Assembly (NCBI GenBank): GCA_002633005.1
Contig: NMRA01000276.1
Coordinates: 227,577 to 289,962, forward strand
Length of the DNA: 62,386 nt
Direction of reading: 5' to 3'
Source of the DNA: Phoronis australis
Lineage: Eukaryota; Animalia; Phoronida
Positions 26,001-38,000 of this stretch are shown here, piece by piece (the first letter of the stretch is position 1; each line of letters begins with the position of its first letter). The notes beneath the pieces are model-generated. The model was not told the DNA's origin, made no database searches, and saw only the letters and a list, made by a program, of their open reading frames with translations. The position numbers and the translations under genes were made by a program.

Positions 26001-29000
26001 AATAATTCCCAACTGCACGCACGTTTCCATCGCGTGATTCGAGTTTGTTCCTCAATACCTTCCATGTACAGGAAAAATAGGTCAGTCACACAACGACATG
26101 CATGTCACTAAATGTTAACTTCTTTTTGCAGGTATAAAACAAAGCTGGGGTTTAGTTTTTACACATTGAGAAAAGATGTTCTTTGTTTGAAAACTGAATT
26201 TGTTGTGTAAAATGAGAGTGAGTCATTATATAGGCTGAATGTTCATTTATAGTGCGCTGTGATTGCCCCTAGTCTGTACTGTGGGCAATTAACTGGAAAT
26301 TCTTAAAAGTTGAGGGGGAACGCTTAGTAGAGGAGTGAACACTTATTATGAAACATCTCAAAGGTGTTTGCGGTAATTAGATATTGAAAGACTGCAATGG
26401 CAAGAAATGTTATTATAATATGATTTTGCGATCCAAACTCAATTTAGTAGGGATGACTTTCTGGCTATCGTTACAACCTACATAGTACCCCTTTTAGCCA
26501 TCCGGAATAATTTTGTTTTTAATTGCCCGCTTCAGCCGGAACAAGATTCTTTCTATTGGAGTCTGAAAATTTCAAGGCAAAAAAATGGTGGGGGTGTATG
26601 ATGAGAATACTAACAAGAGCAACGCAGAGCGTTGAAATGCGCCCACAATTGCACCGTATACGGTATCCTTCTAGGGTTGTTTATTGGACCCATCAAAAGG
26701 CCCATCCTTCCCATCAAAAGGCCCATCCTTCCCATCAAAAGGCACATCCTTCCCATCAAAAGGCCTATCCTTCCAAATGACAGTCTGAGCTCACTAATGG
26801 ATAATGAAGCTGAGTGTGTGCCACTGACCTGCCCTGCTGCCTCCTGTTGGTGAAGTCACCCAACACTTGCACCACATCCTTGATCCTCTGTTGAATCAGC
26901 TGTAAGTCTGTTGCCTGAGCACTATCTTTTTCAATTTCTTGACCACTAGGCAATGTGTAGGTCTCTGTTTGAGCAATATTTGTCTGCAATTCCTCCTCAG
27001 CTAGTTTGCTGAAAAGTAACAATATGTTCTAAAGCAGAGCATGTTGCCTCATGACAGTGATCATTTGTACGTCAGATTCAGGTAAAGAGAAACAATCCAG
27101 GGACTGAAGTTGTGTTGGACAAGAGCAATGCAATGCGTCAGTGTGCTGCCTATAACTACCACCCATTACAGGGCATTATACACTTGTTTAACTTCCTCTG
27201 ACCAAAGTGNCAGTGATAATGTATGCTAAGTGTAGAGGGGTCATTAGAACATACAGTGATAATGTATGCTAAGTGTAGAGGGGTCATTAGAACATACAGT
27301 GATAATGTATGCTAAGTGTAGAGGGGTCATTAGAACATACAGTGATAATGTATGCCACTGAGTCTACAGTGAAGGTCATCATTTCAGTATACACCAACAT
27401 CTTGCCTAGATTAATATTTGGCACATTTCGGTCGGTCATTTCCCTGACCCGACTATCTTCAGGTGTTATAGCCTTTTTAAAAGAACCAACAAGGGTGCAT
27501 GGTATATTCATGGATTGGTAATCAATAGCGAGCACTTTTTATTTACTTTCAATTTATTTATTTTTACTTTTTAACATTTTGTTCTTGTGGCAAGCTGCGG
27601 ATGAACTTGGAACTTGTAGATTGTCAGTCCAAGACTATAACCACTATACCGACCAGTCATTTATTAACTTTGAAGGAAATTTGCTATACATGTATATTTT
27701 CCTGCCGTATGGTACTCAATGTAAAATTCAGATCTATTTGGTAATGGAGGTCTCTTACCGGTGTCCTGCACCACCTGCTGACTGTGCCCCTCAGCTTGTT
27801 GAAGGTACTCCTTCTCAATGAACTGATGTTTGTCGACGTTGAACAAGTTAAATAAGGCATCAAATGCTGGGTCATTTCTGGTCATGTCAATGATGTCTTG
27901 GATGTTAGTATTCTGTAATATAGAGACAAACAAAATACATTTTTATTGAAACCTGATTCCTTGGTTGAGTTTGTCACTGGACACAGCGCAAAAACTTAAT
28001 GTTTTTAATCAAATTTACAAATTAACACAACTATAAGCGAATAAAGGTGGAAAATTAGAGAAAATGAACAATACGTATAACTGTAAACCCAATAGTACAG
28101 TTGTAGTTGTAAACCCTGAATGAAACAGAGCGACTTCATAAGCCGGGGCTAACTATAGTAAGCAGACTTCATAAGCCCGGGCTAACTATAGTAAACAGAG
28201 AGACTTCATAAGCCCGGACTAACTATAGTAAGCAGACTTCATAAGCCCGGGCTAACTATAGTAAACAGAGAGACTTCATAAGCCCGGACTAACTATAGTA
28301 AACAGAGAGACTTCATAAGCCCGGGCTAACTATAGTAAACAGAGAGACTTCATAAGCCCGGGCTAACTATAGTAAACAGAGAGACTTCATAAGCCCGGGC
28401 TAACTATAGTAAACAGAGAGACTTCATAAGCCCGGGCTTACTATAGTAAGCAGTCAGCATCAACTAAAATTAAGGTTCCAGAAATTTAATCCAAGAAACA
28501 AAGAAATGCTGACAAGGCCACGTGACAAGGCCACGTGACAAGGCCACGTGACAAGGCCACGTGACAAGGCCACGTGACAAGGCCACGTGACAAGGCCACG
28601 TGACAAGGCCACGTGACAAGGCCACGTGACAAGGCCACGTGACAAGGCCATGTGACAAGGCCATGTGATACCTCATCACTCAGGATTGCATCCAACGATT
28701 TGTTCTCTAGTTTCAATTCTTGTTCTTCCTGCCAACAGTCCGATTTAGTAGCCACCACTTTGTTGATATTCTCAGCTATCTTCTCTGCCAGGTGCTCCAG
28801 AGCAGGCTGAAAGGAACCAATATAATTCAAAGGAAATGAAGCCAGCAATGAACAATTTAACTTCACATGCTAACCTGTAATGCACCTTTAAATTAATGTT
28901 ATCTATTTTAGAAAAGGAATTCGGCATGATGCTAGAAAAAAACATGAAAGCCACAACTCTGACTGTATTTTAGATTAGACAAAATCAGAATACCCTTCTT

Positions 29001-32000
29001 ATCCAGAATATGCTTCATATCCAGCCCTAACTTAAGAGTCACCGGATTACAGGACAATGAGCAAGAGTTACCAGATTACAAGATGATCAGGGCCTGGAAT
29101 GACCCATGACGAAAAAAGAGGAAATTTTTACGGCCCTAAATACACCTTTCAAACTAAACCATACCTCAACAGATCGAAAGTAAACATTACTATCACAAGA
29201 TGCCATGTTACTGTGTCGTGTTGGCAAAACGCACTCATCTAAGCAGTACCTGACATCTATTTCAGCAACAACAACGAAGGCAATTAGATGCAACAAAAGA
29301 ATCATTTTTTAAAATTAAAATAATAAAGATAATGATGAAAAAATTGCAATGCGAGTGGTAGGAGCTTATTCTTGATTTGCTGCAGAGAGACCTATAAAAT
29401 TATTTTCAATTCTTATAATTACGATACAAAATTTCAAAAAAATGAAAATAGATTCATAGATTATCTAGAAATCCTGAAATACATACACATTTAATTCCAA
29501 CAAACAATTTAGTTCCAACGCAAATAGAAAAAAGTCAAGACGAAAACCTATGGCTCATACCCCAACTCAGTTAGCATGGAAAAATGAAAGTCAAAAATAA
29601 CACACTTTAAACTATAGAATGCATCAATTACAATCCTAAGTTGGCCAAACAGTTCAGTTTCAAACAGTAATTACAGGAGTTAATTGTTCATACACCAAGC
29701 TGGTGTAGAACAAACTAATTGACAAGAATTAACTACCAGGACACTAAAAATAGGCTGGCAGAATTTGTAAACAATGGCTTAATAGACGAATCAGACCATT
29801 CAGAATCTGTCACGTGATCACTTCTCTCGAACTGCAAAACTCGAGTAACAAAATAGAACACGAAAAATGTCAACATAAATTGAAATAGGTGCACAAAAGG
29901 CAATTTAAAACACATTTGGTGTAATGAAAATAGCACTTTGTATCCCGTTTCAGCGGCACAAAGAAAATCGCACTCAGGCGGTCAGGCCTAGCACTAGCAG
30001 CCAACGGCAACGGGCGTTCATGAGGGATCAAACAACAGAATTTCATACATCACTCACATCCCACGATTCCAATCCAACGAATAACTGGTTACGGTTGAAT
30101 TTCCTTTCAGGATGCGTGCGTTTCATCGTTTTCAGTCGGTCCTCCGACTCCAACTTAGTCCAAGGTGACTCGGCCACGCACTCCGTAATTGTCCCTCTCT
30201 CAAAGTTTACAGAGCACCAAGTTGTGATTACATTGCCCGATTCCTTTATCCACTTTTTCCACGAAATATTCAGTCTACGCCACGCTCCACGCATTTTTGA
30301 CCGCAGAATTGCACTATTTGTCACCGCGATTTTATACCAAATGCAGACGCCATTGATGAACCACGCTATACCAGGAAAGGGCACTTGAATTTATCTGTTT
30401 CTCGATTGCCATTGACATCACTCACTACTAAGAAAACACATTTCTTATTTATGGTTACGAGTGATCGGCAAATTCGCGCGCCTGTGATCCGCAATTACAA
30501 TTTTTGTTCCTCCGAAACATAAAGAGCAGTTTCCACTTTTCGAGTCGTCAGCGCTATGGTGAGAAACCAATTTACCGCGATAATTTTACGGCAAATCCGA
30601 TTTTTCAGACGAAATGTAACAAAAATACGCGGATCGAATAAAAGAAAAAAGCGGAAATCCACATTTCCACGGACAATTCCAAGCCTTGGATGATGATCAA
30701 TAGTAATTGGATTACAGAACGATGAGCAAGAGTCACTGGATTACAGGACGATGAGCAATAGTCAATGGATTTCAGGATGATAAGCAACAGTCACCGGATT
30801 ACAGGACGATGAGCAACAGTCACCACATTACAGGACGATGAGCAACAGTCATCGAATTACAGTGATAACTATATTGGAATGTGTTTATATCCTGTAGTTA
30901 CATAATGTTCTATCCTGTTGTTGTTTATGGTTTACTGGTTCCTGTTTTGTAGTAGTAAGTACTGTATTAGTCATATATTCCTAGAACCTATTGACTTCCT
31001 GTACATTTCTGTATATATTCTATTATTTGTTGATATCAAGACACTTTTAGTTCGACAGCCAACTGGGCACAATCTTTGTTTTACTCACGACTTTTCATGG
31101 TAGCAGAGCAAAGTTGTGAAAATGTCTTCACAAAGCTTCAAGAATCCTCCGAAATTCGAGGATGGGAATAACCTGGAGTGGAAACAGGATATAGAGCTAT
31201 GGAAGTGGGTAACTGATTTACCAGGGAAGAAACAAGGGCTTGCAGTAAGTTTGACTCTTAGAGGCAGAGCCAGGGAAACTGCACTACAGTTGAGTGCAGA
31301 TGTTCTAGAGGCCGAGGATGGTCTGAAAACGTTGATTGAAAGGCTGGACACCGTCTACTCACGAGATAGAAAGGACTAAGAGTATGAGGCGTACACAAAA
31401 TTTGATATGTGTCATCATGAAATGGGACAGGATATTGGTGAGTTCATCCAAATTTTTGACTGCTTATAAAAAGTGTCAGATGTATGACATGACTTTGCCA
31501 GATGCTGTCCTAGCATTCAAATTGCTGGACAGTGCGAACTTGGAACGGACAGAAAAGCAGATGGCTCTGACTGCTTGTTCTGAGCTTACCTTTAGTAGAA
31601 TGAAATCCGCACTGAAGAGAATCTTTACTGGGGTTGCAGCTGCAGACACCAATGAGTGAACTTCCATCACTGTGAAGGAAGAAGTCCTGTACGGAAAATT
31701 TAAGCGACAACCACCCAGACAGGAAGTGAAAGGAACGAACCCATTGAATAAATATGGCCGGAGAACATCCTGCAGGATCTAAAATTCTGCGTTTCACTGG
31801 GCTAAAGACTGCCCAGAGAAACAAAATCATGTTGATTGGTCACTGGACCATGACACTGTTTCGCTGACAGAAACAAAGAACTATGCTATTCTTAACACGG
31901 GGTGTTCAAGAACAGCAAGTGGGCAAAAATGGCTGGACACTTATCTTGAGAGTCAACCTGAAGTCGAAGCCAAGACAGTTCCCAGTCAGAGATCGTACAA

Positions 32001-35000
32001 ATTTGGCTTTGGGAAGAATGTCATGTCAAACAAGGCAGTAACATTGCCAGCGCAGATTGGGAACACTGCATGCAAAATTAAAGTCGGGGTAGTTCCCGTT
32101 GACGTTCCTCTACTGCTGACCAGTGAAACTCTAAGGGCAGACACAAAAATTGACCTAAAGGAGAGCTTGGTCAAGATGTACCTATTAAACACACATCATG
32201 TGGACATATGTGTGTGAATATCAGCAATGTACCACAGAAAGAAGAGACTGGAGAGGGTGAATTTTTCTTCTCAGATGACAAGAATTTGACTGTTAGTCAG
32301 AAGGCAAAAATGCTTATGAAATTTCATTGTCAATTTGGACATGCAACTTGTGATAGAATTAAGCAATTGTTGAAGTGTGCAGGCATCAATGATGAGGAAT
32401 GTGTTTACATTGTTGAATGACATAATCAAGAAATGTGAGACATGTCTAAAATTCAAGAAGCCAAGTCCTACACCAGCTGTTGGCTTGCCACTTGCAAGTG
32501 ATTTTAATCAGACTGTGGCAGTCGATTTGCACCAGTTGGGTCCCAATTTGTGGTATTCACACATCATTGGTGAATTCACACGTTTTAGTTCTGGGTGTAT
32601 AATGCGTTGTAAGAAAGCAAGTGTATTTGTTGACAATTTCATTAAGCACTGGATCTGTATTTTTGGGGCACCTCAACGATTGTTCAGTGTTAATGGGGGA
32701 GAATTCAATAAATGATGAAGTTAGGGACATGGCAGAGAATTTTAACATGAAAGTACTGACCACTTCGGCATATTCACCCTGGTCTAATGGTACTCTAGAA
32801 AGAAATAACATGACGTTAACTGATATTCTGGAAAAATTGAAATCAAGTCATAATCTTGATTGGGAAACAGCATTGGCATGGTCCTTAATGGATAAAAATT
32901 CATTGCACAATACATATGATTTTAGTCCATATCAGCTGGTTTTCGGGAGAAGTCCAAATTTGTCACCAGTTTTGACTGATAATCCCCCTGCATTGGCGGG
33001 CGTGACCATGAGTGAAAAAGTTGGTAATCACATCAACGCGATGTATGCAGCAAGAGCTGCTTTGGCAGAAAGTTCAGAAAAGATTAGAAGAGCATCAAGG
33101 AAACAAACACCATCAGTTACTAATTCCTATGATACTGGGGATAAAGTGTACTACATAAGACCTGGTTTTTCTAAATGGAAGGGTCCTGGCGTTGTTATTG
33201 GAAGAGGTGGATCTACTATTATAGTCAAACATGGCGGTTCTATTGTGAGAGTTCATGAAATCAGATTACAAAAAGCTATCCCTGAAGTTTCGGCTAATGA
33301 GGGTCATGGGAGTAAAAATGATGAGATTTCAGAAACATCCACCAGAGAATGTTTAGCAAATAATTATGAGGATGACGATGATGAAATACCTGTTAGTAGT
33401 TTGCCTGAAGGAGAGGCAGGAAATAATCCTGAATCAGTGGGAACACATGAAACAGACTCTGATGACTCCAGTTCTGAGAATCAAATGAGCACCAATGGGG
33501 TTGACACTGCACCAAACGTCCCTTATCAGGCATTAAAACCAGGACATATAATTACTTACAGGCACAGTGATGACAACTATGTAATAGGAGCTGTGGTCAT
33601 GGGGAGAGCTACTAAGGCATCTGGCAAAAACAACAGCTGGTACAATTTAAACATTACAAGTCCTGATGAGTTAGAGGGAGCAACTTTGTCTGTTGACCTC
33701 AAAAGTGTGAATGACCTGAAGATAGTTGACAATGACATAACTACAGAAAGTGTTTTGATTACTGATGATGTTCAATTAAAGGATGCAAAATTGGCTGAAC
33801 TGGAAAGTTGGAAACATACAAAGTTTATAGTGAAGTGTCAAATGGAGGTCAGAAATGTATCTCCACGAAATGGGTGTGGCTCCAAAAGCCCGATTAGTTG
33901 CTCGAGGTTTTGAAGAATTTCAAAATGGCACAAGCGACACTTCACAGAACTGATATTGTCGGGTGAAATCAGTCATGTTGGAAAACGGGGGAAATATGTC
34001 AAAGGTGGATCCTGCTGTATTTTACTGGATGAATGATAGAAATGAGGTCTATCAGGGCTCGACATAACGAGCTGCAGGTCGCATTTGCGACCTGAAATTT
34101 GGAAATGCGAGCTGAGATTTTTGTCAGCTCGTATCAAGTCGCAAAATGCGACCTGGAATTTCCAACGAATGCGAGCTGAGTTTTTACACTTCCCAACAGA
34201 TACCTGGCAAATACGAAGCAGCTCTTGTTAATCCGACCGTTATTTGGTTGTTGCCAAATCCAAGTTCAAAAGAACACTAACCGAGAACAGCCCTCCCGAT
34301 GACTTGTAAGCAAGTCGCGTGAACATGGGATATGCAGAATCGATCTTTGACGCGTTTCATTGGCTAACACTTTCGGCCACTTTTGTAAATTCCCGGATTC
34401 GCCAAAGAAAGTTTCGGGCCACTGCTTAACACGTGATAAAACTTCACAAAACAACGGTGTTTCTATTAATTCTTAAGCGATCAACTTACCAAACTTTGTG
34501 GTGGACAAAAATGTTTATTTTTCACAGAAGATGTCCTTATTACATGTTCCAAATATCCACGACAATATCCCTGATATCGCACTGCGGCACCGTTAGCGCG
34601 AACGCGGTCCCGGCAGACAATCGTGACTTAGACTGAGATGTGCTTCTCCTTNNNNNNNNNNNNNNNNNNNNNNNNNNNNNNNNNNNNNNNNNNNNNNNNN
34701 NNNNNNNNNNNNNNNNNNNNNNNNNNNNNNNNNNNNNNNNNNNNNNNNNNNNNNNNNNNNNNNNNNNNNNNNNNNNNNNNNNNNNNNNNNNNNNNNNNNN
34801 NNNNNNNNNNNNNNNNNNNNNNNNNNNNNNNNNNNNNNNNNNNNNNNNNNNNNNNNNNNNNNNNNNNNNNNNNNNNNNNNNNNNNNNNNNNNNNNNNNNN
34901 NNNNNNNNNNNNNNNNNNNNNNNNNNNNNNNNNNNNNNNNNNNNNNNNNNNNNNNNNNNNNNNNNNNNNNNNNNNNNNNNNNNNNNNNNNNNNNNNNNNN

Positions 35001-38000
35001 NNNNNNNNNNNNNNNNNNNNNNNNNNNNNNNNNNNNNNNNNNNNNNNNNNNNNNNNNNNNNNNNNNNNNNNNNNNNNNNNNNNNNNNNNNNNNNNNNNNN
35101 NNNNNNNNNNNNNNNNNNNNNNNNNNNNNNNNNNNNNNNNNNNNNNNNNNNNNNNNNNNNNNNNNNNNNNNNNNNNNNNNNNNNNNNNNNNNNNNNNNNN
35201 NNNNNNNNNNNNNNNNNNNNNNNNNNNNNNNNNNNNNNNNNNNNNNNNNNNNNNNNNNNNNNNNNNNNNNNNNNNNNNNNNNNNNNNNNNNNNNNNNNNN
35301 NNNNNNNNNNNNNNNNNNNNNNNNNNNNNNNNNNNNNNNNNNNNNNNNNNNNNNNNNNNNNNNNNNNNNNNNNNNNNNNNNNNNNNNNNNNNNNNNNNNN
35401 NNNNNNNNNNNNNNNNNNNNNNNNNNNNNNNNNNNNNNNNNNNNNNNNNNNNNNNNNNNNNNNNNNNNNNNNNNNNNNNNNNNNNNNNNNNNNNNNNNNN
35501 NNNNNNNNNNNNNNNNNNNNNNNNNNNNNNNNNNNNNNNNNNNNNNNNNNNNNNNNNNNNNNNNNNNNNNNNNNNNNNNNNNNNNNNNNNNNNNNNNNNN
35601 NNNNNNNNTAAAAATGGCGGGAAAATTTTGCGACCTGGCATTTACGAATGCGAGCTGGATTTTGAAAATGCGACCTGGGATTTTGGCTAGGTCGCAAAAT
35701 GCGACCTGGCGATTTTAATAGCGTCGAGCCCTGTCTATGGTATACTCGCATGTCATGTTGATGATTTTGTCTGGGGAGGTACAGAAGAATTTGAGACTAT
35801 TATTTCCACAATTAGATCAACTTTTAAGGTTGGCAAAGAGAAAAGTGATGCATTCAAATACTGAGGGATTGAATTGCAATTCACAGGTGACAATAGGATA
35901 ACTTTGCATAAGAATAAATATACAGATGATTTGTTGCAAATTGATGTCAGTACTAGCACAGCTAGTGAACAGGATTCTGTGTTGACTGAGAATGAGAAGC
36001 ATGCTCTTAGGTCCAAAGTTGGGCAATTGCTATGGTCAGCACACCAAAATAGACCAGATTTACTGTTTGATGTTAGTGTTGTGGCAGACAATATTAGATG
36101 TTGTACTGTAAAAGACATGCTGATGGTAAACTACTAGTTGATTGTTTTACAAAACATGTAGCATCCTGTCTTGTACTGTGAAAAGTGTTAGAGACAGTCA
36201 CGTTAGAATTGTAGTTAGAGACAGTCACGTTAGAATTGTAGTTAGAGACAGTCACCTTAGAATTGTAGTTAGAGACAGTCACGTTAGAATTGTAGTTAGA
36301 GACAGTCACNNNNNNNNNNNNNNNNNNNNNNNNNNNNNNNNNNNNNNNNNNNNNNNNNNNNNNNNNNNNNNNNNNNNNNNNNNNNNNNNNNNNNNNNNNN
36401 NNNNNNNNNNNNNNNNNNNNNNNNNNNNNNNNNNNNNNNNNNNNNNNNNNNNNNNNNNNNNNNNNNNNNNNNNNNNNNNNNNNNNNNNNNNNNNNNNNNN
36501 NNNNNNNNNNNNNNNNNNNNNNNNNNNNNNNNNNNNNNNNNNNNNNNNNNNNNNNNNNNNNNNNNNNNNNNNNNNNNNNNNNNNNNNNNNNNNNNNNNNN
36601 NNNNNNNNNNNNNNNNNNNNNNNNNNNNNNNNNNNNNNNNNNNNNNNNNNNNNNNNNNNNNNNNNNNNNNNNNNNNNNNNNNNNNNNNNNNNNNNNNNNN
36701 NNNNNNNNNNNNNNNNNNNNNNNNNNNNNNNNNNNNNNNNNNNNNNNNNNNNNNNNNNNNNNNNNNNNNNNNNNNNNNNNNNNNNNNNNNNNNNNNNNNN
36801 NNNNNNNNNNNNNNNNNNNNNNNNNNNNNNNNNNNNNNNNNNNNNNNNNNNNNNNNNNNNNNNNNNNNNNNNNNNNNNNNNNNNNNNNNNNNNNNNNNNN
36901 NNNNNNNNNNNNNNNNNNNNNNNNNNNNNNNNNNNNNNNNNNNNNNNNNNNNNNNNNNNNNNNNNNNNNNNNNNNNNNNNNNNNNNNNNNNNNNNNNNNN
37001 NNNNNNNNNNNNNNNNNNNNNNNNNNNNNNNNNNNNNNNNNNNNNNNNNNNNNNNNNNNNNNNNNNNNNNNNNNNNNNNNNNNNNNNNNNNNNNNNNNNN
37101 NNNNNNNNNNNNNNNNNNNNNNNNNNNNNNNNNNNNNNNNNNNNNNNNNNNNNNNNNNNNNNNNNNNNNNNNNNNNNNNNNNNNNNNNNNNNNNNNNNNN
37201 NNNNNNNNNNNNNNNNNNNNNNNNNNNNNNNNNNNNNNNNNNNNNNNNNNNNNNNNNNNNNNNNNNNNNNNNNNNNNNNNNNNNNNNNNNNNNNNNNATA
37301 GCATCAATTTTCAAAAAACTCCGTTCAATATCTGAACATAGCATCAATTTTCAAAAAACTCCGTTCAATATCTGAACATAGCATCAATTTTCAAAAAAAA
37401 CTCCGTTCAATATCTGAACATCAATTTTCAGAGCATTGCCCACCGCAACTCTGGTTATGGAAAATAATATCAATTAAATCTTTGAAATCCTGTCAATAAC
37501 CACTTGAAACATTCAATATTCAATTCCCTGTAATATTTTTAAAACCAAACATACGTCAATGGTACTGTTGCTATTAGCATCACTTGCAGGTGAAACCGAG
37601 GCTGCAGCAGGTAACACCTCTGCTGATGTTGTTCGTTTCTTCGGAGGGTTGGTCTTGCGCTTGCCAGGTGTGGTCACTAATGAGGCATTGAAGAACTTAA
37701 TGGGTGAGCTGATGGTGTTGTCATTGTGCCACTCAATTGAAGGTTGGTTCTCAAGCAAGAGTCCACCATCTGAAAGATGGAATATGTGACTAATTAAAGG
37801 AACAAAACAGGGAAAAGTGTTGTTAGAGTAATGCATTCCTTACAGAGTTACACAACAGAGCGCATAGTGTATAAAAGCGTGTACTGTGGACTATATTAGA
37901 TAGAGTGTCTTGTGTATAAAAGTGCGCACAGTGGATTATAACAGACACAGCATCTAACGTTAAGAAAACGCCCAACTCGCAACTGGTAAAATCTCAGCTC

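Larger units (their letters stand above)
30872..36200 (+). mobile_element. Decayed Ty1/Copia LTR retrotransposon, GalEa-like, in NPAT intron 4 (antisense to NPAT)
   Basis: 5' LTR ends in CA at 31097, then PBS TGGTAGCAGAGC (tRNA-iMet, 31098-31109). Gag PPKF..WK..W. Broken CCHC knuckle. Protease AILNTGCSRT. Integrase HxxFGH/CxxC, VAVDL, SPWSNG. RT KARLVARGFEE and HVDD. Order PR-IN-RT. Many stops and frameshifts; 3' end runs into a gap. Confidence 0.92.

Noticed and set aside
26765-27022. A complete nested NOP2 gene
   Set aside because: No neighbouring NOP2 exons or methyltransferase motifs found in the window
9929-28668. Tandem arrays as CRISPR
   Set aside because: Head-to-tail units with no unique spacers, no cas genes, eukaryotic context
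29924-30388. ORFs inside the hAT-like element as transposase
   Set aside because: No recognisable BED finger or DDE motifs; at best a decayed N-terminal remnant
32621-33913. 430-aa ORF as an intact or domesticated integrase
   Set aside because: Frameshifted at both ends, and the upstream catalytic Asp positions look substituted (IIGEF, FSVNG)
34540-37347. Long ORFs of 320-417 aa
   Set aside because: Made almost entirely of N-gap codons
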